From: Felis catus
Taxonomy: Eukaryota
Reading direction: 5' to 3'
Length of the DNA: 64,000 nucleotides
Assembly (NCBI RefSeq): GCF_018350175.1
Contig: NC_058368.1
Coordinates: 61,506,001 to 61,570,000, forward strand
The notes beneath the pieces are model-generated. The model searched no databases, was not told where the DNA came from, and saw nothing but the letters and a program-made list of their open reading frames with translations. Below, one piece after another: positions 1 to 12,044 of the stretch (the stretch's first letter is position 1; the number at the start of each line of letters is the position of its first letter). Made by a program: the position numbers and the translations under genes.

Positions 1-902
1 TCACACAAATTGAGGTGTCTTTGCTCTTCACGTGACAAGTGAGTTTCAGGTGTGGCTTGGACATTTGGATTATTATATTAGGAGACTCTTGATCCTGTCT
101 GAATCATGTGTTTTTTGCAGCAGTTGCCATGTTTAGGTTTAGCATGTAGGTCTGAGCATTTTTGTGGGCTGTAGTTCTAGTCACTGTGTAGGTCCCTCCC
201 ATGGCAGTGCTATTCTGCTCTGCTTCATTCGCCTGGTGTTTCTGGGATTCCTGCTTAATCCTGCTGGTGCCATCTGTAGAGACAGAAGGAACTTCCATGA
301 GTTCTTTCTGTCACTGGGCAACATTTGAGAGATGTGGGCAAAGCAACTGGGCTGGTGTGTCTAAGCCGGGTCTTGGATGGCCCCATAGAACTTGTGGCCA
401 CAGCTGCTGTAGGTCCCTTCATTGGGTTTAGGTTAGGAAGCTTGGCCTGGGATGGCCAGGCTTCACAGCAGCCTCTGCTGCACCAGGTCAGATGACCAGT
501 GGTGCCTGAATTTTGAGCAGGGCTAGAAAGGATTTCGTCTTTGCTACTATTGCTTCCAGTGGATCAGATCGTCAGCAGTAGCCAGCTGATGAGTCAGCTC
601 TCCACTAGGTCTCTGTTGGACTTCTGCTTTTCAGATGCTTAACCAAGGAGGACCAAGGATTATTCTCATGTGTTTGCTTGTTTGATTGCTGTTTCACTAT
701 GCCTTTTAGTGATCTGGTGTTACAGGCCCCTCCACCGCCTGGTCCAGAGGTACATCAGAGATTAAAAGAAAGCCCAGGGAACTCATTTCATTGTAGTTTC
801 TCATGTCCTGGGTTCCAAGGCAGTCCGAGAGCTATCAGAATCCTTCATCACTGTCAGTGTAATACTTCCCAAGGTATTTAGTTATATTAAGAGGAGGGAG
901 AA

Positions 903-1113
903 GGGCACCTGGGTGGCTCAGTCAGTTAAGTTTCTGAATTTGGCTTCGGTCACCATCTCACAGTGTGAGTTTGAGCCCTATGCTGGGCTCTGTGCTGACA
1001 GCTGGGTGCCTGCTTTGGATTTTTCTGTCTCTCTCTCTCTCTCTTTCGGCCTCTCTCTCTCTCTTTTCTTTTCTCTCTCAAAAATAACAAATAAATAAAC
1101 ATTTAAAAAAAAA
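903..1113 (+). mobile_element. CAN-SINE (SINEC)
   Basis: GGGCACCTGGGTGGCTCAGTCAGTTAAG head, (CT)n, AATAAATAAACATT-polyA. Confidence 0.97.
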
Positions 1114-1125
1114 GAGAGAGGAGGA

Positions 1126-1338
1126 GGGGTCCCTGGGTGGCTCAGTCAATTAAGCATCTGACTCTCTTGGTTTCGGCTGAGGTCATGATCTCATGGTGTG
1201 TGGGTTTGAGCCCTGCATTGAGATCTGCGCTGGCAGTGTGGAGCCTGTTTGGTATTCTCTCTCTCCCTCTCTCTCTATGCCCCTCCCTGCTCACTCTCTC
1301 TGTCTCTCTCAAAGATAAATACATAAACTTATAAAAAA
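1126..1338 (+). mobile_element. CAN-SINE (SINEC)
   Basis: GGGGTCCCTGGGTGGCTCAGTC head, CT-rich tail, polyA. Confidence 0.97.
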
Positions 1339-1768
1339 GAGAGCAGGAAGAGCAATGAAAAATAAAACTTTTCTATCTTGTTCAGCACCTGTAAGAGTAT
1401 ATCTTTGTGAGCAATATAACTTTTGCTCTTATAAAATGTTTGCTTTGGTTTTATGACAGTACTAGTTTCTCCCAGGCTTGCTTTTTACCCCCCAAATAAG
1501 GTAGTCCTATGTTATTTTTTTTCCTTTCTTTGTTTCACATAGATTTTAACCCTTAGTATTTGAAGTTGATTGTTACAGGTGATAAAGGAATTCATTAGTC
1601 CTTTAGTTTGTTTTCTTGTTTGTTTTTTTGCCTGTTTAACTAACTGTTTGAAACTGTACTTGAGGCTGGCTTCCTAGGAATTACATCCTGTGCTAAGATA
1701 AACGACTCAAAAATGTGGGAGCTAGGACAGTCACTTCAGTGAAGAGACAAATGTGAAGATCAATTATG

Positions 1769-2105
1769 CAGTTGATCCTTGAACAACAGGGGTTTGAATT
1801 GTGCAGGTTGACTTATATGTAGATTTTTTTTTTATGGGAGACTACTGTGCATACATTTTGTCTTCCTTATTATTTTCTTAATACTGTATTTTATTTTTTC
1901 TTTTTCTAGCTTACTTTATTGTAAGAACATAGTATATAATACATATAGCACACCGAAAATTGTGTTAATTGGCTGTTTACATTATCAGTAAGGCTTTCTG
2001 GTCAGCGGTGGACTATTAGTAGTTAAATTCCGGGGGAGTCAAATATTGCATATGGATTTTCTACTTTTGGCACCCCTAATCCCTGTGTTCTTCAAGGGGG
2101 AGCTA
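1769..2105 (+). mobile_element. Tigger2/MER28-like non-autonomous DNA transposon (TcMar-Tigger)
   Basis: Degenerate terminal inverted repeats CAGTTGATCCTTGAACAACAGGGGTT ... TAATCCCTGTGTTCTTCAAGGGGGAGCTA; internal CTAGCTTACTTTATTGTAAGAA and TATTAGTAGTTAAATTCCGGGGGAGTCAAA match the recalled Tigger2a consensus. Confidence 0.85.
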
Positions 2106-2466
2106 TAATTAATAGATAGTACTATGCTTTTCTCTACACAAACTTCTCTTTTTTAGTTCATTAATGACTATCTCAATATTTCAGCATCACGTTTTAGAAA
2201 ATAGAATCCAAGAGAGAAAATGAAAGATTCTGATTGGCCAGGAGTAAATAGTTGACCCTGTATGACCTCTCCATCTGCAGTAGCAGACTCTATTCTAGGA
2301 TAAATACATCTGCTGCCACTTGGCTATCAAGCCCTTTATTTTTGGTTTGGTTTTGTTGTTATTGCCATTCTCCCCCCACCTTTAAACAGGCATTTGAAGT
2401 GTGGCCCTTTGGAATTTCCTCCTATTAATCCTAGCAACACGGCGCTCTATTCACAAACCAGAAAGA

Positions 2467-2593
2467 ATTTGGCTATTGTAGAAAATGCTGCAATAAACAA
2501 GGGATGCATCTGTCTTTTCGAATTAGTGTTTTCATATTCTTTGGGGAAATACCCAGTAGTATAATTGCTGGATCATATGGTAATTCTATTTTA
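2467..2593 (-). mobile_element. LINE-1 ORF2 C-terminal fragment
   Basis: ATTTGGCTATTGTAGAAAATGCTGCAATAAAC...GGATCATATGGTAATTCTATTTT; homologous to about 3104-3233. Confidence 0.85.
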
Positions 2594-3279
2594 AACATTT
2601 TTAAATTTTTCATTTAATTCCACTTAGTTAACATACAGTGTTATATATAGTGTATAGTATATGTATAGTATAGTATAGTGTATAGTATAGTGATTCAACT
2701 CTTCCATACATCACCTGGTGCTCATCACCAAATGCCCTCTTTAATCCCCATCACCTATTTGACGCATCCCCCCACCCACCTCCCCTCTGGCAACCATCAG
2801 TTTGTTCTTTCTAGCTGGGAATCTGTTTCATGGTTTGTCTCTCTCTCTCTCTCTCTCTCTTTCTCCCTTTGTTCATTTGTTTTGTTTCTTAAATTCCACA
2901 TATGAGGGAAATCATATGATATTTGTCTTTCTCTGACTGGCTTATTTCACTTAGCATTATACTCTCTAGCTCCATCCATGTCATTTCAAATGACAAGATT
3001 TCATTATTTTTTAATGGGTAATATTCCATTGTTACACACACACACACACACCACATCTTCTTTATCCATTCATCAATCATTGGACACTTAGGCTGCTTCC
3101 ATAATTTGGATATTGTATATAATGCTGCTATAAACATAGGGGTGCATGTATACCTTTGAATTCATGTTTTTTGTGTTCTTTGGGTAAATACCCAGTAGTA
3201 TAAATGTTGAATCATAAGGTAGTTCTATTTTTAACTTCTTGAGAAACCTCCATACTATTTTCCACATTGGCTGCACCAG
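2594..3279 (-). mobile_element. Carnivore LINE-1 3' end (ORF2 C-terminus, 3'UTR, tail)
   Basis: ORF track IELPYD...LLGIYPK and MFIAAL...WKQPKCP...EWIKKMW...EISQSEKDKYHMISLICGI; carnivore-type 3'UTR; T-rich tail near 2600. Confidence 0.93.
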
Positions 3280-3678
3280 TAAAAGAATGAAAATTTGACA
3301 CTTGCAACAACATAGATGGATCTAGAAAAGATAATGCTAAGTGAAGTAAGTCAGTCAGAGAAGTACACATACCATATGATTTTACTCAGATATGGAATTT
3401 TTTTTTAATTTTTTTAATGTTTATTTATTTTTGAGACAGACAGAGATAGAGCATGAATGGGGGAGGGTCAGAGAGAGAGGGAAACACAGAATCCAAAGCA
3501 GGCTCCAGGCTCTGAGCTGTCAGCACAGAGCCTGACGTGGGTATCGAACTCACAGACCGTGAGATCATGACCTGAACCAAAGTCAGACGCTCAACCATCT
3601 GAGCCACCCAGGCACCCCTCAGATATGGAATTTAAGAAACAAAAGAACAAAGAAAAAAAGAGAAAAAACTAGAAATAA
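3280..3678 (+). mobile_element. LINE-1 ORF2 end and start of 3'UTR in opposite orientation, split by a SINE
   Basis: AAAAGAATGAAAATTTGACACTTGCAACAACATAGATGGATCTAG...GGAATTT|AAGAAACAAAAGAACAAAG. Confidence 0.85.
3401..3618 (-). mobile_element. CAN-SINE with perfect TSD
   Basis: CTCAGATATGGAATTT at 3385-3400 and 3618-3633. Confidence 0.98.
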
Positions 3679-3869
3679 TTTTTAAAGCCTCTGGTATTAT
3701 CTCTTTGTATTTTGGCAAATATTATTATCTTCTGTTTTGGGGATATTTATAATACTTATTTAAACTTTTTCCTTATACTTTGCATACAGATTTCCATTTT
3801 ATAGGTACTTGTCTGTCCCTCCTGTTAGGTATCAAGAAGTTGGTCATTTTGCAAACATAAGGTAGTGTT

Positions 3870-4330
3870 GCATTCAACACTCATTGTAACAAGTATTTAT
3901 TGAGCACCTTTGTGCTACTCACTAGCGAATGGTATTATGGAGATAAACAGTAAAACGCTTCTCTGAAGGAGACATATAAAAATTAAACAATGAAAGTGTA
4001 TACTATAGTTAAAGTTACTCTTAAATACTATTTAGGTTAGGATGATAAATTATAATGGAGAAAAATACCTGCCTAAATGAGAATGGTTCGAAAGACCTCG
4101 CTGGGGACATGTTGTCTGAATAGAAAGTATGTAATGAGCCATGTGAAGACTTGAGTGGAAAGACTGCAGGTGGTGGAGAAAGTATGTGCAAAGGCTCTGT
4201 GTTTGGAAAGAACATATTTGGTACCAAGATCCACATAAAGATTATCAGGGGAGGAAGATACTAGAGCAGTCAAGGGTATATTGTTTCAAAGTTGGACAGA
4301 GTAGACCCTGATATACCATAATAAACATAC
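3870..4330 (-). mobile_element. L2 3' fragment
   Basis: CATTCAAC...AAGTATTTATTGAGCACC and GAGCCATGTGAAGACTTG...ATGTGCAAAGGCTCTG are L2 hallmarks. Confidence 0.7.
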
Positions 4331-4630
4331 AGGATTTATTTTATCAGAATTTTTACTATGCTTATTTTTGTGTATTTTTATCTTGTACCTTATATATTAT
4401 ATAGGATACATTAAAATATTTCCTGAGAGAAGGCAGAATTTTTAAATAGTTGATACATTAGCTAAATCACTATCTAAAATATATATGAACTAATATTTCT
4501 TTTATTACATTTTATTGCACAGAAGGTGGGTGTTTCTCACTAGATTGACACTTCATGCGGACAGTTATGTTGTATTCCAGAGTCTAGTACACTGCTGTAA
4601 TACATGGCCATTAGGTAGTGATATTAACTT

Positions 4631-4854
4631 ATTTTATTTTATTTTATTTTATTTTTAATTTTTAAAATTGTTTTTTTAAAGTTTATTTATTTATTTTGAG
4701 AGAGAAAGAGACAGCAACCATGCAGAGGAGGGGCATAGAGAGAGGAAGAGACAGAAAATCCCAATATGGGGATTGACTTCACAAACATGATATCATGACC
4801 TGAGCCAAAATCAAGAGTTGGACACTTGACCTACTGAGTCACTCAGGCACCCCC
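4631..4854 (-). mobile_element. CAN-SINE, older, internally deleted
   Basis: T-rich tail, GAGAGA, ...CATGACCTGAGCCAAAATCAAGAG...CTGAGTCACTCAGGCACCCC. Confidence 0.93.
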
Positions 4855-6143
4855 AAATTAAGGTTTTTTAAATATAAATAAAACATTAGCAAAATTTATA
4901 TTTGTGTCACTAGATGCTATGTAGATTAAACAGATAAATGATAAGATATAATCTGCATAAAAATCTGTATACTATATTAGACATAGTATCTCTATTTATA
5001 GCACTATGATCCACATTGCTGTTTAAAAGAGATGAAAATCCAACATCAAATGTTAAGAAAGAAGTTTTTAAGTTCATCTATGAAGTGGCAAAAAAAAAAA
5101 GTAAGGAATACCAAGGCCAAAATCTAAATGAAAGCTGTTATTCAGAAATATAAAATAAACTGTGAAGCTGATGTTCACCTTGAAAGCATTTGTCAAATTT
5201 AGTGAACTCATGAATAGTTTTTCATAATGTCTCAAGTTTGGGGGCTACCAGACAAAACTCAGGACCCAAGCATAGTGGGAAAACTAACAGGAAACCCCAA
5301 AACTCTGCCACTGCAAATACTGCTTCTTCCATAAATTTGAATTAACTCCTTATATAACCTTTTCTCTTCACTTCCCCCAACCATCAATGGATCACTAGAA
5401 TTCTATCTTTGGCACTGACTGTGAAATGAAAAAAGAAATGGAAAAAAATTAAAAAAATATGTATAAAATAGATTTTATAGGCACTAAAAGTTATCTGGCA
5501 TTTGTTTTTGGGGTAGGTGTTCCTGGGTGGTTTTGGGGTAGGTGTTTCTGCCAGACAGTGGCTCCAGAATTCCTTTGGACTTGTTGTCCTGTGTCTAGCC
5601 GGTGGAGAGGAAAAGAAAGTAAAAGGAAAGAAGACCTCTTTCTTAAGTGCCTTGGCCTGAAGCGGGCACAGAAACATTTGTTCACATGTTTCCAAGTGTT
5701 AACTCTGTACTTTGGTATTTGTTTCCCAGGTCTGACACATTATAAGAATGTGAGGTTTATTTCTCAATACAGAATCAGTTAAGAGAAACCAGATGTTAAT
5801 GCAATACAGATTTTTTTTATCACAAACTCTGGAAATTATTTTTTATTACAAACTATAGCAATAATTTGAAATCTTAAGGAGAAGAGGTGACTGCCCCACA
5901 CTCATGCTAAAGGTCCAGTGCCTACCCAGAAATGCAACTGTGCTGAAATTGAACAGGATCATCTACTTTACTGAGACAGCAAGTTGCGAGAGATTCTAGT
6001 ACTTGATTAATAAAGTACAGGAATGGGAAAAAATCCAAAAAAATTTTGTTGAATTTATAAATTTATCAATGTATTCAAAAAAGAAGAAATTTTGGGAAGT
6101 TTACACTACTGATATTGAGATTTATTATGAAGTTATGGCTGTT

Positions 6144-6385
6144 GGGACACGTGGGTGTCTCAGTTGGTTAAGTGCCCAACTTCAGCTCAGATCATGATCT
6201 CATGGTTTGTGGGTTTGAGCCCCATGTCAGGCTCTTTGTTGATAGTTCAGAGACTGGAGCCTGCTTCAGATTCTGTGTTTCCCTCTCTCTCTACCCTTCC
6301 TCTGCTTGCACTTTGTCTCTCTCTCCCTCTCTCAAAATAAATAAACATAATGATTTAAAAAAATAATAAAAAAATTAAAATAGTA
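6144..6385 (+). mobile_element. CAN-SINE
   Basis: SINE body; TSD AAGTTATGG(C/T)TGTT at 6130-6143 and 6386-6399. Confidence 0.97.
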
Positions 6386-7040
6386 AAGTTATGGTTGTTA
6401 AAGTTAATGTAGTGTCACATTGGCTCCAAAACAGGCTAAATAATGATGGAATAAAATAGAATCCAAACAGACTTATGCATATGAAGACATCAAATGTATA
6501 AGAAAGGTGGAGAACAAATTAAAAAAAAGAACAAAAAAAGAAAAAGAAAGACAAAAAAAAAAAAAAGAAGCTTTTCAGTGAAAGTTGCTAAATCAATGGG
6601 ATATCCATATGGGAAAAAACAAACGACAATGACTCCTACATTACGTTATATGAAAAAAATATTTTAGCAAGACAGAGAACTAAATAAGAAAAGTAAAAAA
6701 AAAGAAACTTTTTAAAGATGATTTTTGGATATTATCTTCAGGACCTCAGAATAGCAAAAGTTTACTTAAACTAGAAAGACTAACTATTAAAAAAAGTGAT
6801 AAATTAGACACCTCCTAATTATGAACGCTGTTCTTCATGAAAAAATTTAAGAGAATGAAAAAATAGACACACAAAGCCATTAGGTGGTAGTACATATGTG
6901 ATGTATTTAGTAGTAAAAAGTCACCAAGAGATGGACAGTAGAATGAATACATCAGTTTATTACAGCCATAAATGCAATACTCTATGGCAATAAAAATAAA
7001 TTAATTTCTGCTACATATGAATAACTCTTATAAGCATAAT

Positions 7041-7239
7041 TTTATTTATTTTTAATTTTTTAATGTTAATTTATTTTTGAGATAGAAATGAAGGAGTGGA
7101 GAGAGAGGGGGACAGAGGATCCGAAGTGTGCTCCATGCTGACAGCAGGGAGCCCGATGCAGGGCTTGAACTCACAAACTCTGAGATCATAACCTGAGCTG
7201 AACTCAGATGCTAAACTGACTGAGCCACCCAGGCACCCC
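7041..7239 (-). mobile_element. CAN-SINE
   Basis: SINE body ending GAGCCACCCAGGCACCCC; imperfect TSD TTATAAG..TAATTTT. Confidence 0.96.
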
Positions 7240-7526
7240 TTATAAGAGTAATTTTAAGAGAAAGAAGCTAAACACAAATGAATGCAGAGTATATTAATTT
7301 AGGCATTTACAATTTTGAAACAGGCAAAACCAGTAACTTATGAAAATCCAATATATTGCTTGCTTCTGTATAGAAAGTAAAGGGTAGAAGTTGACAGCGG
7401 TATCGATAACTTTCAAAAGTGCTGATGACATTCTGTTTCTTCACCTGAATAGTGTTTCCATAGGTGGTAATTGATTGTGTCATATATTTATTTTTGGGTG
7501 TATCTTAATAAAAATATGGTTGATAT

Positions 7527-7950
7527 GTATTATGCAGTTAAGAGTTAGGTTCAAGTCTGGCTTTAGGGTACTTTTGTTTATTAAATCAATTATTATGAAG
7601 AAGAAACATTTTTTCCCTTTTCTTATCTCTGCATCTTAATTACTGCTATAGCTAAGAATTCATGGTGCCAATATTCTGCTAACACCTCACAGAAGTACAC
7701 ACTTCCTCCTTCATGTTTGACAGAATGAGAGAATCTTTCTCTTAGCATACACAGAATAAATCCTGAGTTTCACAGTAATTGTTTGACTAATATCACATGC
7801 CCACCACTGAACGAAAACTGTGGCAAAGGGGGAACATGAAGTGATTGGGTTCCCGGAGCTCAGGATCTGAGTGTGTAAACAACGTTAGCACAACTGATGC
7901 CTTGGCAGGAATAGAAGAACTCTGGGAAGCGAAGTTACTAAATTCAGCTA
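7527..7950 (-). mobile_element. Old MaLR LTR (MLT1J/K-like) fragment
   Basis: AAATCCTGAGTTTCAC...ATCACATGCCCACCACTGAACGAAAACTGTGGCAAAGGGGG...TGATTGGG resembles the recalled MLT1J/K motif. Confidence 0.5.
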
Positions 7951-8176
7951 ACAATTATCTTATTCAGAATGATAAGAAAGAAAACAAATTGGCTCTATAT
8001 TACACCAATTACATTCTCAAATCTAGAGTGAACCAAATAATGATTGTTTTAATATATAGAATGTTATGAACTCACCTAGTTTAAAAAATGGAGTTCTAAG
8101 TAAGTACAAAATGGAAAATAGAGCATGCTGAAACTTTCTAGACATGGCTCCATTATGCTGTTAAAAATGACTCTTA

Positions 8177-8327
8177 GGGGTAGTCAGTTGAGCGGCTGAC
8201 TTCGGCTCAGGTCATGATCTCACAGCTCATGAGTTCGAGCCCCGCATAGGGCTCTGTGCTGACAGCTCACAGCCTGGAGCCTGCTTTGGACCTGTGTCTC
8301 CCTCTCTCTCTGCCCCTAACCCACTTG

Positions 8328-8376
<49 letters not shown>

Positions 8377-8391
8377 GTAAATAAACATTAA
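8177..8391 (+). mobile_element. CAN-SINE with deleted A-box region
   Basis: GGGGTAGTCAGTTGAGCGG head; TSD AAAAATGACTCT at 8163-8174 and 8392-8403. Confidence 0.96.
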
Positions 8392-9060
8392 AAAAATGAC
8401 TCTCAGAAAATATATCACAGTGTTTATCCATCCACAATGCCATTAAATGGAAACTCTTGCTACGGAAAAATTAAATGTGAGGTTAACAAAGTTAATTCAC
8501 ATAGGGAGCATTTAAACTATACCAAATTAATGTAAGATTCAACATTTGGTGAAAAAAGCAACAACATTAGGGGCATTAATGAACTGTGGGTAACTAAGCT
8601 CTCCTTTCACACTAGAAAGTACTTCTAATTTTTTGAGGACTGCAAGAATTAATCAGGAGTCACATCTTGAGTCAATTTGTAAGAAAAAAAAACTGCTATT
8701 AAAGAATCTGGCCATGTTAAGTTATTATTATTGGTTTCTACCTTACAAAAATAATTACATAATAAGATCAAATGGGGCTTTTGAGAAAATATAAGTAATG
8801 TGTATTTAAATACATTTGTGATATTTGAAAGCATTTTTAAAACAGGAAATGAGAACTGAGTCAGTCTACAATGTCCATATAATTGAGGAGTCTGTGCTTC
8901 TTGGAAAATTCTTGAACCAGAAAGTGTTTTCTTCTTTCTTACTTTTGATCTTAAGTGAAATTAAATAAATACTACATTAGCTATTAAGAGCAATAATCAA
9001 CTAGTATATTGAGAATAAACTTAAATTTTTAAATAAAGTGAAATTTTATGACTAATTTTC

Positions 9061-9075
9061 ATTTTGTTTAATTAC

Positions 9076-9135
<60 letters not shown>

Positions 9136-9306
9136 CAATTGAGCACCAGGGAGGGGTAGAGAGAGAAGGAGAGAGAGGATCCCAAGCAGCTTCCACACTG
9201 TCCGTGCATAGCCCAATGCGGGACTCTAACTCCTGAACTGTGAGATCATGACCTGAGCCGAAATCAAGAGTCTGACACTTAACCAACTGAGCCACCCGGG
9301 AGCACC
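9061..9306 (-). mobile_element. CAN-SINE with long (GA)n
   Basis: Perfect TSD TATGACTAATTTTC at 9047-9060 and 9307-9320. Confidence 0.98.
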
Positions 9307-9676
9307 TATGACTAATTTTCTAACAGCTTTTTGGACTAACACTTTAGTTGTGAGAAAGACATAGAAAGAAAACTCACTGTAATTAAATTTACTGTAAAAT
9401 GTGAAGAGGAAAGGAAACACTTGTTTTTCAAATAATTCAGAGAATTAATTTGTTCGTTGTCTTAGCATTTTATACTTTTATCATATATGTTGCTTTTTTT
9501 TTCTTTCTATTTCAAATATTATCTCTCCCTGTGTTATGGAGCTCACATAATTACTCTTCTCAACCAATATAACGGTGCTACTTGTCCTCTTACATGTCAT
9601 TTGGATAGCAGTATTATTTATATTCCCTTATACACAGATGTTTGTAAATGGTTTTATTGCTATTGAAAAGAAAACA

Positions 9677-9891
9677 GGGGCGCCTGGGTGGCGCAGTCGG
9701 TTAAGCGTCCGACTTCAGCCAGGTCACGATCTCACCGTCCGTGAGTTCGAGCCCCGCGTCGGGCTCTGGGCTGATGGCTCGGAGCCTGGAGCCTGTTTCC
9801 GATTCTGTGTCTCCCTCTCTCTCTGCCCCTCCCCTGTTCATGCTCTCTCTCTGTCCCAAAAATAATAAATAAACGTTGAAAAAAAAATAAA
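9677..9891 (+). mobile_element. Young felid SINE (SINEC_Fc-type), CpG-rich
   Basis: GGGGCGCCTGGGTGGCGCAGTCGGTTAAGCGTCCGACTTCAGCCAGGTCACGATC; intact A/B boxes; no clear TSD. Confidence 0.98.
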
Positions 9892-11557
9892 GAATATGTT
9901 TATAAAGTTATACTTTTAGTAATGTAAGCAAAATTGTTTGCACCCAACTTCCAACTGAAAAAAAAATTAAATACACCATATTAAACCATTGAAGAACTGA
10001 GAGAATAATAAGAAATTGTCGCTATAGCTTCTGAGAAGGCAAAATTCCAGGTAAATAGATTCATGGAGGCTACATACATGAAAACGCACAAGCCTACACT
10101 CATTGGGAGAGAGAGAACAATAAAGTAAATTGGGCAAAGGTAAATAATCCTTTAGTCTTGATAAAAAGTATAAGAGAGTTTCTCAACCTATTTCCACAAC
10201 TTAAAAAGAAATAAATTTAAAAATTTACATTTCCAACCAAATCAATCTAGAACAAAAAAAAAAACACTATTTTTAACATAGTCTCTGTTTTGAAAATTCT
10301 GCTGACCTTAATATACTCTAAGAACTACTATTTTAGATAATACTTAAGCTATTTGCTGGAAAAGCAAAATAAAAAAAAAGAAAAGAAAAAGTAGATGGTG
10401 ATTTTTAGAATGTATTAAAAAGTTTAAAAACAATAATACTAATGCCTAGAAAATCTGTAAAATATTGTATATATAAATAATATTTTCTAGAGATGACAAC
10501 AATGTGTAAGTAAGGAGGGAGATTATAGAGTTCAATTATTCTAAAGCCCTGTATTATGTAGGAGAGTAGGATCAAACTCTGTGTGAAGTCAGCGTGGAAA
10601 GCTTCTCTCTCACAATAAATATATTCTAATAAATCACAATTTTAAAATCTGTCTTCTTGCCCGTAAAGATCAGGTTAATGTGGTGTTGTTTTTTTCCTTT
10701 CTTTTGCACTGCAATTTCACTCTGCCCAGATCCCTTTTCAACCCTAAAGCTTATATTTATTTGTGTTTCCTAGAATGTCATCTAGATATGAGGGCAAGTC
10801 TACCATCCTGTCCCATCTTAACTATAACTTTTGGAAGAGTTCTGGTGCTCAGAAGAGCATGAGCCTCCTGTAATGCCAAAGGGGATTTGTGTCTCTGTTG
10901 GAAGAATTTCCTTCATTAGGATCCAGCCTTCTCCCACTTCACCCCTCACCTCTTCTTGATGTTCCACTCTAGGCATAGTGTGAGAAATCTGCCTGACAAA
11001 ATCTTTCTGAGATGGACAGGCTCAGAACAGTAAGTGAAATCAGAGAATCAGCACCCCCAGCAATAATAAGCAACGCCACACTTGATAGTATCTGTATTGC
11101 CAGGCTATTTGTCAGGGTCGGCTCCAGTGCCAGTTGTAGGTGTAAACAAAGAAAGGTGGTTTTAAAACTGTTTGTGAGCTCTTCTGAGAAATATTTGACC
11201 AGAGGTTACTTCCCACCTTTTAATATATAAACTGTCTTGGCGTGGCTGCACTAGGCAAGTTTGACTAAAAATCAGAGTATTTACACAAGCTGTAAAGATA
11301 ATATGCAGGCAGACTCAACATACCTAACAGTTGTACCTCCAGCAACATCTCTATTTCTGTGTGTCTGGGGGTGGGACGGAGTGTTTGGGCAGAGGGGAAA
11401 AGGAGCTGAAATAAGTAAAGTGATGTTCTGATCCATGTTCTGGGCTAAAAGATGCTGTTAGTAGCATTTCTTGAGCAAGTTCATCTCTAGCCCCTAACTT
11501 CTCTTTGTGTTGCCAAGGACAGCCAGTAAAACCAGTCAAGTAGAAGTGTCTGTGCTT

Positions 11558-11581
11558 GTGTGTGTGTGTGTGTGTGTGTGT
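11558..11581. repeat. (TG)n microsatellite
   Basis: Seen directly. Confidence 0.95.
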
Positions 11582-11761
11582 ATTAAACCTCAGGTTCAAC
11601 ACCGGTGGTAAACACGCACGAGTTGCCAGTTTCTCTCTTTATGATGCTCCGTTTTTACTTGTTTCTCTTTCTCCTTCATCCCTCACACCAACTTTGACTC
11701 TCCAGCCTCATAGGAACTCATAAAGTGTGTTTACTATGTAGAATTAAAATGCATATATATT

Positions 11762-11987
11762 GGGGCGCCTGGGTGGCTCAGTTGGTTAAGCTTCTGACTT
11801 TTGATTTCCACTCAGGTTATGATCTCATGGTTTTTGAGTTTGAGCCCTGTAGAGCCCCACATCAGGCTCCAAGCTGACAGTGTGAAGCCTGCTTGGGATC
11901 TTCTCTCCCTCTCTGTCTGCCCCTACCCCACCCCCTGCTTGGGAGTCTCTCTTTCCCTCTCTCTCTGCCCCTCCCCTGCTCATGCAC

Positions 11988-12044
<57 letters not shown>

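Larger units (their letters stand above)
1..1395 (-). mobile_element. Ancient LINE-1 (L1MC/L1MD-type) 5' region, interrupted by two SINEs; runs off the window start
   Basis: Motifs GGACATTTGGATTATTATATTAGGAGACTCTTGATCC, TGTTTAGGTTTAGCATGTAGG and TTTAGTTATATTAAGAGGAGGGAG...TCTATCTTG resemble the reverse complement of old L1M 5' consensus (recalled). Confidence 0.55.
6030..7520 (+). mobile_element. Highly diverged L1M (L1MC/ME-type) ORF2-3'UTR fragments hosting two SINEs
   Basis: A-rich L1-like phrases GGAATAAAATAGAATCCAAACAGAC, CTTTTCAGTGAAAGTTGCTAAATCAATGGGATATCCATATGGGAAAAA and AAAACAGGCAAAAC. Confidence 0.6.

Noticed and set aside
9677..9760. tRNA-like A-box/B-box sequences at SINE heads
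   Set aside because: CAN-SINEs are tRNA-derived; each continues into a SINE body and poly-A tail, so they are not tRNA genes
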